From assembly GCA_043228905.1 (NCBI GenBank), contig JBHGNT010000010.1:19654001-19718000 (forward strand): a stretch of DNA of 64,000 bases, in the 5' to 3' direction. Within the stretch, counting starts at the first letter, position 1. Each line of letters opens with the position of its first letter. The notes under the pieces are model-generated. The model was not told where the DNA came from and did no database searches. It saw nothing but the letters and a program-made list of their open reading frames with translations. Made by a program: the position numbers and the translations under genes. Below are positions 1-13,930 of the stretch, one piece after another. This DNA is from Azolla caroliniana (lineage: Eukaryota > Plantae > Polypodiophyta).

Positions 1-671
1 AAGAAACACTTTGGTTGAACCTTCGTGTGGACAAGCCCACAAAAGGGATTACGTTGAGCCCACTATGTTTTTGCATTTCCTAAGATGAGGCATCACCCAA
101 TAGAGGGAATCCAATTTTTCTGAAACCGAAGATGTAAATTCTAATCTCTCCACGTACCATATTAAAGAACCTTGAGTACTTAATGTAAAACTTGGCCTTT
201 TGACGTTTTTTCCTTCCACACACCACATCACTAAAAGGGTTCGAGATCAAAATAATAATATTAAGGAAAAGAATGGATTAAGAGTGCTTAACCATGTTGA
301 ACACCTCGAGCAATTTTATGCCTTGGTAGTGGAATAAAGGATCCAAAGAAGAGAGATTTGCCTTACTGAGAGAGTCTCAATTACAACTCAAGGTATTGTA
401 ACGAGGAGTGTTGCTATGAACCCCTTTATATAGCCCAACATCGAGAGATCCATGATCACCACATGTTCGCACATGTCATAGAACCTTATGGGTTTGCTCA
501 AATTCTTAGAATAATTGGTTTCCCAACTATCTTATCCTTAACCCATTAAAATTAATTATAAATTTGGTCTATAAGTTTATCATAAAACATCCTTATAGAA
601 AGTTTTTTCTTTATTGGGTGTTCTATTTTAGAACCATCTCGATATTGGTGCATGGGGGATGTACTACCATC

Positions 672-913
672 TAGGGATTGGCAACGGCTCGGCTCAAGCC
701 TAAACCGTTTGACTAAAGCGGCTTAGCGGCTCAGCTTAGGCTTGAGCCTGCCTTAACGGTTTGAACTCGGCTCGGCTCGGCTTGGCTTGAGCCTCGCCAA
801 ACCGGCTCAAATTGGTTAAGTTGTTTAGAAACTTGAGATAGAGGGAGGGAGGGAGGGAGGGAGGGAGGGAGACTACACAGACGAGGAGAGTCAGAGAGAG
901 AGAGGGAGATTAC

Positions 914-955
<42 letters not shown>

Positions 956-1198
956 CAAGGAGCTTGTATTCTACGTAGTGGATCGTCTAAGAGAGAGGGA
1001 GCTAGGGAGAGAGAGAGAGAGGGAGGTTTCCAAACCGTTTCACAAGCCAGTTTTCAAGCCGTTTCCCAAACCGGTTTAGGATCGGTTTGGTTCAGGTTTG
1101 AGAACCCCAAAACGGTTTAGGCTTAACCGGTTTGGCCTTAGTTTGGCTTGGATAAGGCCAAACTGGCTAAGCCTAAACTAAACCTTTGTCGATCCCTA
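672..1198. mobile_element. hAT-type MITE
   Basis: Termini TAGGGATTGGCAA / TTGTCGATCCCTA; 8-bp flanks CTACCATC (664-671) and CTATCATC (1199-1206), 7/8 match; subterminal CTCGG/AACCG repeats and internal (GA)n. Confidence 0.8.
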
Positions 1199-2394
1199 CT
1201 ATCATCTACCTTTTTATGGGGGTGAGACAGACAAGAGCAAGCTAATAATGCTTAATCTTAACTACTAAACCAAGATCTAAATGAAATCTACCCCTTAATC
1301 ACATAGAAAGATACTAATAAGTTTGATTTAAAACCGAGATACTTTATCATATTTGTCATGCGCTCCGTAGAAGAACAAAGAACAAGAAATCACCAACTCA
1401 CTTAAGTTAACATGACTCCACACTTAATCAATTACTAGTTATTGATAATATAATTATTAGGCTATTAACTTATAAATTAGGAGAATGATTAAGGAGAGAA
1501 AAGTTTTAGGTTTAGCTCTAGGGAGTATATAAGAATGGGGAAGAACCCTTGGTCAAATGTTTATAGTGTCACTTTTATACTTCTTCCTTCATTTAATTAA
1601 ATTACAACTATGTTCCTTTCACACTTGACGTATATAAAGTGTATAGATGTTACCATTATATCTCATTTACAATGTTAATCTCTCTCTCTCTCTCTCGGTA
1701 AAAGCACACAGTTATATTAATTGTATGTAAAATCCACTTAGTTACAACACTTCTTAGTCTCCTCTACTTATCACAATGTCTATGTAGGGAGAGGGACATC
1801 TTGTAATACCATTAAAAAACCTGAATATGCATTTGAGTCTCTCTCTCTCTCTCTCTCTTGCATACTCTAAGATGTCAATGTGAGACAATAACTCATGTGC
1901 CTGAAGTTGTGTTTCGTAAGTAACAACATTTTTTAGAAATGTGGAAAAAGGCAGAGGTATTCGCCTCTTTTGGGGAGAGAATAAAGTGGAGATATGCTCC
2001 ACCAAGTTGGCCTTTTCTACCCCTAGTCTTGGAAGGACCCCGAGTTTAGACGTATAAATGTAGTTGCTAAGGTAGATGCTTGAGGGCTTTTGCCATTCAA
2101 CATGTCGGTTGATGAGGGTATGATGGTTACATTTTCCTGTATGAGTTCTTTGTAGTAATGCCAACGTGAATCTTTTATTAAAATAAATCTCTCTCTCGTA
2201 ATTAGATGACCCTAGTGATAAGTTTACACTACTAGCACTACATCTTAGGTTCGAAACCCAATTTTCTCACCTATCTATTACTCCATAGATGTCTCTTATT
2301 TTACTACATGCCACTTGTGGAATATAGGGGTTGAACCAATGACCACTTAGTCTCCATTAGGCAACCTTACCAATTACATCTATCTAAGCTCTCT

Positions 2395-2430
<36 letters not shown>

Positions 2431-2568
2431 CTATAACGACTCTTAAGGGTATCCTAGACCAAAGCATCAAAGATGATAACTGACTTCAATAGAGCTGAAA
2501 AACACTCCCTACATTGCTACCCCCCTCCTAGATGAAAACCACCAAGGATTGCATGGTGTTGATTATGA

Positions 2569-2927
2569 CAATTGTTTTAGAATACTTAGCATACAATACA
2601 TGTAGAATACATATGCTAAGTATTCTATCTTTTTTTAATACTTAAAATACGTATTCTATAGATAAAATATGTTATTAAGTTTTAACTACGTAAAAAATAT
2701 ATTTTGAATACATTAAATACATAGAATGCATGTAAAATACATTAAATGCTTCTTAAAATTTTAAGTTTTTTAAATTTAATTTTTTGGAAATGTTAAGTAC
2801 ATGTTAAATACATAGAATACTTGAAACATTTTTAAATGGAAGTTCTAATACGTAGAATACGTGTAGAGTACTGCAAAGTATTCTAAAATATAATCTAAAC
2901 ATAAAATGAGTGTTTTTTAATAACGAG
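2569..2927. mobile_element. probable hAT-type MITE, degenerate TIRs
   Basis: Perfect 8-bp direct repeat GATTATGA at 2561-2568 and 2928-2935 around an AT-rich block of repeated GAATAC/GTATTC motifs; TIRs weak. Confidence 0.5.
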
Positions 2928-3269
2928 GATTATGACCATGATTAGGGCTTGAATTTGAGGGGTTAGTATTAAAGTTTTTTTACATGCATTTTTTAAAGAT
3001 TTATGTCATATGACATGAGAGTGCAAAAACTAACATGTCATTTGACATACAAATTTTAATAATGAAAATCTCTATATGATGCTTCATTGTTATACATTTC
3101 ATTACTATAGAAAGTACACAAAGATGCACAAATAAACATAACTACCTCACAAAGATAATGAAATACATAAAATAAATATTGTGTTAATGTTTTTACTAAT
3201 AAGTATGAAAAAAATAAGGTTAGTAAATTTTTTTGTTTAACTTAAAAATTTAGGTAAGTAAAAATGGGA

Positions 3270-4322
3270 TTCACTAGAGGTATGGTGGCAGAAACCGGGA
3301 ATGAACAAATTGGAAAGGTTTTTCGAGTACAGAACTAAGTTAGGAAGGCAAATCATTAGCTCCAAATCAATGGGCGCTGCTCAAACTCACAATAGTTGGA
3401 GGGATAAAAGCATATCTGATTACTTGTTGAAGTCATTTTGGAGGAGACTATGGGCGTTCAATATGCCAGAAAAAATAAAGCTTTGGTTGTGGCTTCTTAG
3501 CCATAAGGTGGTACCTGTGGGGGAGTGGCTGAGGTGTCGTGGTGGGGAGGCTGGTTGCAATATATATGGACACTCCTTGGAATCGATCCCTCACTGTTCT
3601 TGGAATTGTGTAGAGGCGATTAACATTTGGGGTAGAGGTCTCAGGATTGTGGCAACATGCAGAATGAATGGGAGAGTTATATGGGAGTCCTTACCGGGGC
3701 TGAAGTTAACAAGGGAAGGTTGGACGGAACAGTTAAAACCCCATCCATGGTCATGGATTTATAGTGCATGGTGGCAATGTGTTTCAATGTGCTAGAGTTC
3801 GATCTAGCACAAACTCTGCATTTTTTTAGGAGATATGGATGATGGTGGCTTGCTTATCGGTCTAGCACATTTGGACCAGGTGTTGTAAGTTTGTTTTTCA
3901 ACAGCAAAAGCTCCCAAGCGGTGAGGTGTTTTTAAACATCTAGTTCAAGTTGGTATCTTGGTTGCGGGGACAATACGACTCGATTAAGGGGGAATCAGAT
4001 TAAGCAGAAAGAGCTCGGTCAAAGTTTCTACTGAAATGGGGCAGTTCTCCTATGGTGGTCAAATCATCATCAGGGCCTAAATGGAACTATCAAGCACCCA
4101 GATGGTTGTTTCCGCCAATGGCTTCCATTAGTGACCAGGAGCTGTAAATATGTATAATTGTGTTACAAGTTAATTACCATGTTAAAAGCGTTGATGGGAT
4201 ACTTTTGTTGTAAATGAGGGGGTGAGGACTATGATCACTTTGGTGAGAACCCAGAGTCGGTCTTTGATGTACTTTGTTTGCTAATTAATGCGAAGTAGTA
4301 ATTTTTTTTTTGAAAAAAAAAC
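3270..4322 (+). pseudogene. 5'-truncated LINE (L1-like ORF2 C-terminus, zf-RVT region)
   Basis: ORF 3301-3795 has FWRRLW..MPEKIKLWLWLL.H and C...ESIPHC.WNC motifs typical of zf-RVT; stops downstream; ends in an A-run near 4313-4322. Confidence 0.7.
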
Positions 4323-4556
4323 GTAAAACTTTAAAATCAAACCTAGAGTTTACACTCTTAAAGAATTTAATAAATGATATTGTTTAAAACTTCAATTAAA
4401 TTTAATTAATATTATTAGTAAAGAATAAATATTTGAGAATATTATATCATTATTACATGATAATGATATTATTTTCAGCGTGTTACAAAAAACATATAGT
4501 ATTTAGAACAGAAAACATATAGTATAAAAATATTATTATACACACTTCATAGTATC

Positions 4557-5020
4557 CATAGTTCTAGCCATACTTCCCATTCGTGCCATACTCATACCTC
4601 AGTATTCGTATCATACTCATACGTGAAAAGGCTCCAAGTATGATTGAAATCTATACGCGAATCGCGATACATAGATATATACATACATACGGTGTGCATA
4701 GTGTGTGTGTCCCAAGACCATAACTTATGGAGCTGCCATATCCCAACCAATTCCTCCCAAGACAATTGCCGTCTCCACTAAACGTCAGAAACAAACTATT
4801 CTTCACCAAGATGGGAATCAACTTTTGAAAATTGGTCTTTGAACCTTGTTTCTCACTCCTCACTGCTTAAACTTCAGTTTGTGATGAATATCAGCAAAAA
4901 AAAATCCTAAAAAAAACCAAAGGAAAAAAATAATTTCATATGAATGTCGCGTATCATACGCGAATGTATGCAAACGTTCACATGCGTTCATTTGGACGTA
5001 CACGAATATTAGGAACTATG
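4557..5020. mobile_element. hAT-type MITE
   Basis: Termini CATAGTTC...GAACTATG; perfect 8-bp TSD ATAGTATC (4549-4556, 5021-5028); CATACG/CGTATG internal motifs. Confidence 0.85.
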
Positions 5021-7393
5021 ATAGTATCCATAATAAGTGACATATGTTTATATAATATATATGACATGGAAAATAGAATTTTAGCATTCCGTTTGACATG
5101 CATAATTTGTAGGGGCCTTTCACATGAAAATGGAAATTTAAATTTTATATGTCACTTGACAGACATTTTTATTATGTGTCTATTTTTTACGGGCAAAATG
5201 GCCTTTCACGGGCACGAGACCCGTCAAATTCTTGCCCTGGCCATTCATCAACAAATATATTAACCTACCTTATTTCACCATTCAAGCACTCGTTGAACAA
5301 ATAAAACTATTGTGCATATTCCTTTTAATAGGTCCAATATTCCAAGGACATTATTAATACCATGATTGTGACAAGATAAAATAAGGGATGACTTGCTCAT
5401 TGACAACAACAAAAAATCCATTCTATTCAATTTTTCCTCTCTTTAAGCTCAAGCTCCTTAAACCTCTTTATAAATTAATCTCTCTCAGTAGCTTAGTCCA
5501 ACCACTTGAAGTTTATTTAATCTTTGTAACATCCTTTTGAGCTTCAACAAATTTGTGAATGTTTATGGTTGTGGAATAAAAAGATTTGGTTGGTAGTATC
5601 TCTTTTGTGATTTCCTTAGTGTTCTTTGTATTCTTAATCTATATGTGAAATTTGAATAATGTTTCTATTAACTCTATTAGCATTTCTCACACCACATTTT
5701 GACATCGTGTGGTCACTTGTTTAGACTTCGCACAAGGCTCAAGGTTTGGCTATAAGCATGGTATGAGGTCAATGTTGACTTCCACAATCATTTTATCTTC
5801 AATTGTCATAAATATGAACGACTTATTAGAAAAAAGGTTTCGAACTTTTGGCTTGAATCTCATTTGCTCTTCCTCTAGTACATGTGCATAAACAAATTTT
5901 TGAAGACATTACAAATTACAATATAACCAATCCATTCTCCTTTACTAGGGCTTTTGTGGAAAGCTACATTGCACATTCTAGAATTTATGCACTAATACAT
6001 GAGATAGATGATGATGCACATGACATGTTTGTCTAAATCATCATGGTTTGGATCACTTCCATGAGGACGTCCCACAAGTACGTCATTTTGTTAAGGCATG
6101 CATCAATACTTCAATTGGCAACAAAGTACTACTCATTAGAGGAAGGTCAAAAAATCCATCTCAAGAGCAATTGGATCTTCATGCTAGTTGCTTTTTCGAC
6201 AAGACTATAAAATTCGCAAATGTATAAGGATAGCACTCTGCTTTTGCAACAAGGATTTGAATTTCCCACTTTGAGTAGAACCACTTTGTGAAATGAGTGG
6301 CAAGTTGATGAAGGTCACATAATATTGATTCACATTCACTAAGAGTCTTCATCCATGTGGCTCCCCATACACCCCACTTGATAATGTCTAAGACATTGTT
6401 ACTCACATTTCTATCTTATGGCAATGGATAGTGGTGATTCTTTTCAAGTTGCTTGCATTTGCATCTCTTTGAAGGTGATTTAGTACAATGTCTCATGATT
6501 ATAACTCCCACAACTTCCGAAAATATTGATGCGTTCAAACCATTGAACAACTCATCAAACCCACTTGTGCTTTAATGTGTGTTCTTGTTCTAATTAAAGA
6601 AGGAGATGAATAGATTCTGAAGACAAACTTTCACACAATAATAGGTATGTTCACTAGTAATATGCTCCATATATTATGAGTTGGTTCTCATTCAACCTTC
6701 AACAAATAGTACATTCCGAGAAATTATCGTCAATGACATCTAACGAATTGTCAAAATCAATCAAATAAGGGCATGAGCATATCATTGCCCCAATATAAGT
6801 CGCGGAGTTGAATTATGAGAAAAGGACTAGAGTTAGACGCCAAATTGACTAATGTGGTTCTTGTCAAAATGCAATCAAATTCTTACAAGACCACATTGTG
6901 TGACATGATGTGTTTTGCCAAAGCATGGCACCAACTTCCAAGGAGCCCACCAATTTTATGAGTCTTAGTTTTTTGCTTCTTCTTTTTTGGTTTTTGTCCC
7001 TTTATCTACATATTATGATTGGGAAAATGAATTTAATAGATTTGGTCAAGATTTAAAATACTAAGAATAATGATGATGGAAAATGAGAACATTATAAGGT
7101 AAATAATTAGGACGGCAAAGTGAGTTGACTCTGATTTTGCATTTAATAGTTGGTATAACCATCCAATCCCTTGTCTCTATTGAAGCCAAAATCTCTCTCT
7201 ATATAATAGCTGGATAAATTCATGTTTTGATCATATTTAGTATCATCTAAAGCTTATGTGTCTATTGAATCTAATATCATTCCATTGATGCATAAGTATT
7301 GATTAGCATCAAATATCTAGTTCAGTTTCTGATACTCAGTTAAAATTTGCATTTAAAATCAATAATTGGCAAAGTTCTATCAGAAATCTCATC

Positions 7394-8383
7394 ATGTATA
7401 CTAAGAAATCAATCAATTGTGATGGTACTAGTATAATAAGATCATCTAATGTTCTTAGAGCACTCAATTCAATTCTGCCTATTATCTTCATATCCGTGGT
7501 GTTGTCCGGGCCGCATCAAATGAGGCATGTGATCGCTGACGATCTAAGCACTGATGCGTCCGCCCTGCTGGCATTCAAGAAGAATCTCTTGAATCTCGTG
7601 TTCGATGAGAGATTCAATTCATGGAACGAATCGGGGCCCATTGTCACAAACGCGAGCGCGGTGTGCGATTGGTTCGGAGTGCATTGCATAGACACGGATC
7701 GGGTCACGGAGCTACGGCTCCCGGGAGTGGGCCTCAACGGATCCATAGCGGCCTCCACACTCGGGAGATTGACGGGCTTGCAAACCCTAAGCCTCCGGCA
7801 CAACTTCCTCTCGGGGGCACTCCCCGCGGACCTTACGAATTGCCGGAGCCTCAAGAAACTGAACCTCAGCTCCAACTCCTTCTCGGGATTTCTCCTAGAT
7901 CCGTCCTCCTCCTTCGACTTGTCCGCAAATTGGTCCAGCCTCGAATCACTAGACCTATCTTTCAACCAATTCGCAGGATCCATCCCGAGCTCCCTGGCCC
8001 AAATCGCGTCCCTCGCCACTCTCCGCCTTCAGGGAAACAACTTCTCGGGCACCATCCCTAGCTTCTCCCAACCGCCCCTCGAAGATCTAAACCTCGCCAA
8101 CAATAACCTAGGCGGTAGCATTCCCTCTTCTTTGGCGGGCTTCTCGGCCAACGCATTTAGCGGGAACCCTAACCTCTGCGGATCCCCGCTATCGGTGCAA
8201 TGCCAAAATCAGTCCGTGTCTGTCTCGGCCCCGGCCCCTTCCTCTTCGGTTGCGGCCCCTTCCTCTCAGAATGCCGAGACCGGGAGAAGTCTTAGCCGGC
8301 AGTCGATTGCATGGATAGTCATAGCGATCGTAGTATTCTTGTTCATACTATGTGTCGTTATAGTGAGTTTACATCGTCGGTAA
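7394..8383 (+). CDS. LRR receptor-like protein (LRR-III/RLK902-RKL1-type ectodomain + TM, no kinase)
   Basis: 329-aa ORF: hydrophobic N-terminal segment, LRRNT (D..ALLAFK...SWN...CDWFGVHC), RVTELRLPGVGLNGSI, ~5 plant LRRs, C-cap FSGNPNLCGSPL...C, S/P/A-rich stalk, TM IAWIVIAIVVFLFILCVVIVSL, then HRR-stop. Confidence 0.9.
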   Translation: MYTKKSINCDGTSIIRSSNVLRALNSILPIIFISVVLSGPHQMRHVIADDLSTDASALLAFKKNLLNLVFDERFNSWNESGPIVTNASAVCDWFGVHCIDTDRVTELRLPGVGLNGSIAASTLGRLTGLQTLSLRHNFLSGALPADLTNCRSLKKLNLSSNSFSGFLLDPSSSFDLSANWSSLESLDLSFNQFAGSIPSSLAQIASLATLRLQGNNFSGTIPSFSQPPLEDLNLANNNLGGSIPSSLAGFSANAFSGNPNLCGSPLSVQCQNQSVSVSAPAPSSSVAAPSSQNAETGRSLSRQSIAWIVIAIVVFLFILCVVIVSLHRR

Positions 8384-10946
8384 TCCAATGCTCCGGCACT
8401 CCCGAATTAGGGCTGCCAGTTTCTTCGAAGATATATTAGCTCAAACTTGTGTGTGTGTGTGTGTGTGTGTGAGCACACTCACATTTTGAGAACATGTGTG
8501 ATTTCCCTTTGTAGTAACTTGTGTGTGCAGAATGGGAATCTTGTTTTAGATTCCCTCATTGATTTGGATTCTGTTTTAGATTCCCTCATTGATCTCTAAT
8601 CTTCATTCATTGTTTCTATTGCTCTTTGTTAGTAAAGAGAGAGACACTACTGTATATAGACCAAGTCCAATCCCATGTATTAAATGATCTTTAATCCAAG
8701 TTGTTTTTTTTTAAAGCCACTTACTTTGATGTATGTTCCACACACATTCACACACACAAAACTTCCTATTTGTCTTTGTTTGAGTTATATCAATGTTGGG
8801 CCTAAACCTCCCTAATCTTGTTCTTTACATGTTATCGAGGTGTTTTGTATCAAGGTCAGGCCTAAACTTTGTAATTTGGTTCTTTACATGTTATTTGGGT
8901 GTTTTCTACAAACTCAATAGTATCCAACTATTTAAACCATACCCTTGCACACCAATTCTAAAGCTAACTTTAATGGATTAAGGGCAATATAAGTTTGGGA
9001 GCCAATTATCCAAGGACTTTGAATAAACCCATAACGACCTATAACACATGGGAACATGTGGTGGTTTTGGGCTCTTGTGTGTTAAGTTGAGACCAATTCT
9101 TCGGATCCATTATTTATCTATCAAGGTATAACGTAATGTAATATTTCGTGCTATGGAACACTGGATTGGATGATATTATATGTTTGACTTGACATGTCCT
9201 TCACTCAGGGGTGGTTGGTGTGGCTAAGCACCCTTAATCCATTCTTTTCCATGATCTCTTATTATATTGCTCATCATTATTTCGATTTGTAATACCATAT
9301 TGTGTACGATCTAATGTTTCATGCACACACCAAAACATCTTGAGGTGCACTAGAACTACATCCAATAGAAGCAAATTGTAGTAGGATATATCAACATAGA
9401 TGTTTAAGTTATTCACCAAGAAACTCGGAGCATATAAGCTTGGATTTGGATAGCAATGACACTTGCCCTACATTCACTTGATCTGCCTACCTTGAGGGAG
9501 AGTGCAAACGTAGGAAAAACTAGCTTGTAGTACTAAGGATTGTACAACACAATTGAGAAGCAGTGTGTTGAGAAGTCAAGCTCAACCAAACCTTGTGTGT
9601 GCGCACACTCGTTAGAAAATATGTATGATACCTCTCTGTAATAAGTGTTGATCCTTTGTTTCCCTTTTTTTTTGGGTTCATGACCTTAGAAATAGTGTAT
9701 CCCTTAGTGTATTATGAACACGTCAACTCCTTATAGCAATTCTATATAGCTTGACTCCGATATCGTTGCTTAATTGCTAGAATAGTAGCATTAAGTTTAA
9801 AGATTAAATATTTAAAAACTTACATTGAGGCCATGAAAATGAACCAATGTATTATCATACCATTTTTTTGAATGTTATGTACAACGATCGTGTATACATG
9901 GATGTTTATGAAATTAAAGTAATTTTTATTACATAGAAAATCCAAAATGGGTCTAAGCCTCACTTTTAACAATTTAATAAGACAACACATTTTATGTAGG
10001 CTTTTAAAAGACCTTACCCACATTTGACCAATTCCAAAGTTTCCTATGTCATTGTTGAGATTTAAACCTAGAAATAATAATTGATCCTTGAATAGGTCAA
10101 GTTCGTATAGGTTGATTAGCTTTTGTATATATAGAAAAACATGAGAGAGAGATTATGTGTGTGTGTGTGTATGTTTGTGAGTTGGTGTGTGTGAGATATT
10201 TAAACATCCACTGTGGGACCAACAATCATTGCCAAACACTTTCTCCATATGCGTAGGTGGGTGATTTTTAAATGCAAAACTAACTAAAGAACTACACTAA
10301 AACATTTTCTCCATCCGTGTAGGTGGGGGTTTTTAAATGCCAAAATTTAATGAAATACTAAACCAAACACTAAAGTGAAAAACTAAAACCCTTTCCATCT
10401 CTTAATAGATTTTTTTATTATAAAAAAAGCTCTCTTTTGTAGATTTTATTTTCATCCTTGGAGGTCTAATATGACCTATAAGATCCAAAGTGATATTTTG
10501 ACATTTTGTATGTGTACAATTTATAGTGACCCTTGATGTCCATGAAGTTTCCTAACATGCCAACTTTGACCATACATTACGACCACAAGAGGAATGTCTG
10601 TAGGGATTGGAGTGGATTGACCATGTGTTAAAAGCAAACTCAAATGTGTTTGAAGGCAGAAATTTTTATGAATTGCCACACTCAAAACGTGAACTTAAGG
10701 CAAAATATTCATAACTAACAAGTTTCTTCTCTTGTGCTCCAACACATTGTCTCACATAAAAGAAAATTGAGCTACATTGTGTGGAAGCAATGGTGCATAT
10801 GGTAGACATCTATCAGTGAGTGTGGTTTTCCCATTTATGGTCTCCATGGAGTATGAGAAATGGGTGCTTGTCCGATGGGTCAATATATGACGAAGACAGA
10901 TTATGTGAAATGTGTTATTGTTTGATGGTTTCAGAAAAGTACCCGT

Positions 10947-11609
10947 TGTCGTGAAGGATTCCGGTCATAGGAAGAAAAAGGGGCCGGATGCGCGTGGACA
11001 GGGGTGTGCATGGATGCACACGAAACTATCGTTATGTACAAACATGTGTAAATATCATAGTATTAGTTTGAGTGTTGGTGAATACTAGGTAGGAATGATT
11101 TAATAGGTACTTTATGGCCACACGGATAGAGGAATAAAAGGTGATTGACTAGAGGAGATCAAGGAGAGAATCAGGGACAGAAAGCCTGTGTGCTCCTGAT
11201 TGCAAGCTCACTAGCGTTTGTGTGGGGAGCTCGAAGCTTTGTCACCGACTGAGCTTGGCTGTATTTTTTTTTTCTTATTAATTCCATTTCGTTTTCGTTG
11301 AATCCGATTGGACTCTCTGTGTTGGGTTCGCATCTCCATTCTGTTTCTATTTGCCCGCGTGTTTATATGAGTCTCGAGCCCATGTGCTCATCGCTTGCTA
11401 CCAGGCATCATGTCTTGAACAATACACGTGTCTAAGCCCATGCGCTCACTGTCCGGCATCTGGAGACTGATCTGTTTCGGATACGTGCCCGGACCGCGTC
11501 CCGGCGAAGATATCCGATCCGAACAATCTCTCTTCCCTTTCCGGCTCCTTGGTCTGAGACCCCGGTGGTCCCGCCCTGTTTCAACACATTCATGGGGAAA
11601 TCCACGACA
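10947..11609 (+). mobile_element. solo LTR, Gypsy TGTCGTG-type family
   Basis: TGTCGTG...CACGACA termini; 4-bp TSD CCGT (10943-10946, 11610-11613); clearly homologous to 54848-55669. Confidence 0.85.
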
Positions 11610-11627
11610 CCGTGTCTTGAAAGGAAA

Positions 11628-11985
11628 TTTGATTTAGTCATTTTCACAACTAAGCTTTGAGGGGCGAAGACCATATCCTTGGATGAATTGCCCTTATCTC
11701 ACTCTTACAAGACCTTAGATGGTTTATCTTGCATAAGATTCTCATTATTGAAGTAGTGGCATCTTTTGGTTTTTATATCAATATGTTCATGAAATAGACA
11801 TAATACTTTGATTTAGTCATTTTCACAACTAAGCTTTGAGGGGCGAAGACCATATCCTTGGGTGAATTGCCATTATCTCACTCTTACAAGACCTTAGATG
11901 GTTTATCTTGCATAAGATTCTCATTATTGAAGTAGTGGCATCTTTTGGTTTTTATATCAATATGTTCATGAAATAGACATAATAC
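11628..11985. repeat. tandem duplication, 2 x 179 bp
   Basis: TTTGATTTAGTCA...CATAATAC repeats at 11628 and 11807 with about two substitutions. Confidence 0.9.
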
Positions 11986-13499
11986 TTTCATGTTGAAAGA
12001 AAATAGAAATGAAAGATGCCTCCCTACATTGCAAGTGGCATGGACTTCCTATATATGAATTGTTAAATTCTTATTTATGAGCGAGAGACAAAGAGAGACG
12101 GTTGATTCAACACAATTTCTTCTTCCTAAATGTATTCTCGACATTATCTTGACCATATCCACTGGTTTTGCACATTCATGTGTATGTTACTTAGTCAAGG
12201 GAATTGTCGACAATAAGTCATTATTGAATACAAAGAAATGACAATGTAAGTAACATAGTTCTATGGCCTAGACACAAATAAATAAATAGCTTGTTTGTGG
12301 GAAGGATATAATGGTATTGTACTTAATATACATACAATTATTTACATGATATTCGTGTCAACGTATGCTTTTGTCAACGAAATATGGGTAAAAGCAGAAG
12401 GGGGCATCAAATTGGTTTTTGCAATAATAAGATATGTACACATTCCAACATGATTTTGAAAAATAAATTTTGTACTATATCATATATGTGGTTTGATTTT
12501 GTTAGATTAGAAGACAAAGTTTGCAACAAAATTGATATTGTTGCCGAAATTGAGAAGATATGTTAATAACTAATTAATGTATCTCAAGTATGATAGAAGG
12601 AGGCCAATTTTGACCTATGGGACTAAATAAACATATCATATTGTATGTGTTTCCTTCCTAAGAAAGGGCTTACTGTAAAGATTATCTATGCAAAAACAAT
12701 GCACACGCATATGTACCACTTAAATTACCTAACTTATGTTGAGAATTGAGTATGGCACTTAAATTATTACGCCCATCTAACGAGGCATCATACTTTTCGT
12801 GAATTACATTTTATGTTGAGCATGTGAAAAATAAGTGATATTGATCCTCAACTAGGTTTTCAATGCTTATCTTCAAACTATGGTGATGATGTCATTACGT
12901 TACCTCACCACCTAATTTGTATAAGCGAGTCATAAGAGCTATTACGACTCTTCGTTAACTAGGGCTCATGGGGGTAATAAGAGGTGGTTGGATATATTCT
13001 ACCATTTTTACCTTGTATACTAACATTGAGAGTTAGCATTTGCAATGTAATGTTCCAATTTTGACATTTAACATCTCACCACTGTATCCTTAGTGCCTAT
13101 AATAATATATCCTTGATTATCATATACTCCATAACATCACTTGAGAACTCAAATAAATCCTCTCCTCCCCCTCTCATGAGAGGGAAAGAGAGAAATGAAA
13201 TGGGGCTTTGTATTAATGTGGGCAAAGTGATCTATTAAATAAGAAGTTCCATCATCCCCATTTTGTTAATAGAAATCTGTTTGCTTATACTTTGTCTCTG
13301 TGTTCTGTGTCGAAGTCTCTATTTGTGTTGAGCGTCTTTGAGTCCATTTGTTTACTTCTCCACAGTCACAGTAGTTTGGTTCATGTAGGAAATATGTGCG
13401 GTCAGACTCCACTAAAAAGTACTCGTCGATACGACCATTCCCCGACCACAAGACCCTGATTTGGATACCAACGGGACGAGTATCTGGTACCGTGTTACC

Positions 13500-13930
13500 C
13501 TAGGCCGGTAATAGTCAATTTTACTTGGTCGATGATGTATACTCAGGGTACAACTAGTTCCAACTAGCCATCGAAACTAGGGACATTGCGACAATGCGGA
13601 CCCTGATCGGTTTACTTTGGATGTGTACTCTGCCACAAGGAGGAACAAACTCGGTCTCACACATGGTGAATGCGATAAACAAGGTTCTAAGGGATTGCAT
13701 CCCGGACATCACCATGTCGTTCCTGGACGACATTCCGATCAAGGGATATCTAGAAGATGAGAAGGACGAGACGCTAGACGGAGATGAATGCTGGAAGATC
13801 CTATAGAGGTTGGGAGGAGCACGCTTAACCTTGTCTGGAGAGAAGTTGGCATTCGGCCAGTCGGAGATCTTGGTGGCTGGACACCTATGCGGATCATACG
13901 GCCAGAAGCCATCCCCAACAAAGGTTGATA
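13500..13930 (+). pseudogene. isolated RT fragment of the A/E Gypsy lineage
   Basis: TLPQGGTNSVSHMVNAINKVLRDCIPDITMSFLDDIPIKG matches the RT of elements A and E; stops; no LTRs of its own. Confidence 0.85.

Larger units (their letters stand above)
2943..5239. mobile_element. possible non-autonomous hAT element containing a LINE fragment and a MITE
   Basis: Imperfect ~20-bp TIR: TAGGGCTTGAATTTGAGGGG vs reverse complement of the right end CAGGGCAAGAATTTGACGGG; TSD not convincingly preserved. Confidence 0.4.

Noticed and set aside
1-1750. Possible LTR remnants at the window start
   Set aside because: LTR-like composition but no paired LTR, PBS or TSD can be demonstrated in the window.
5300-6800. 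Possible decayed transposase on the minus strand
   Set aside because: Coding-like composition but no motif I can identify; needs translated HMM search.
7516-8061. Overlapping ORFs within the LRR gene
   Set aside because: Alternate-frame artefacts of a GC-rich exon.
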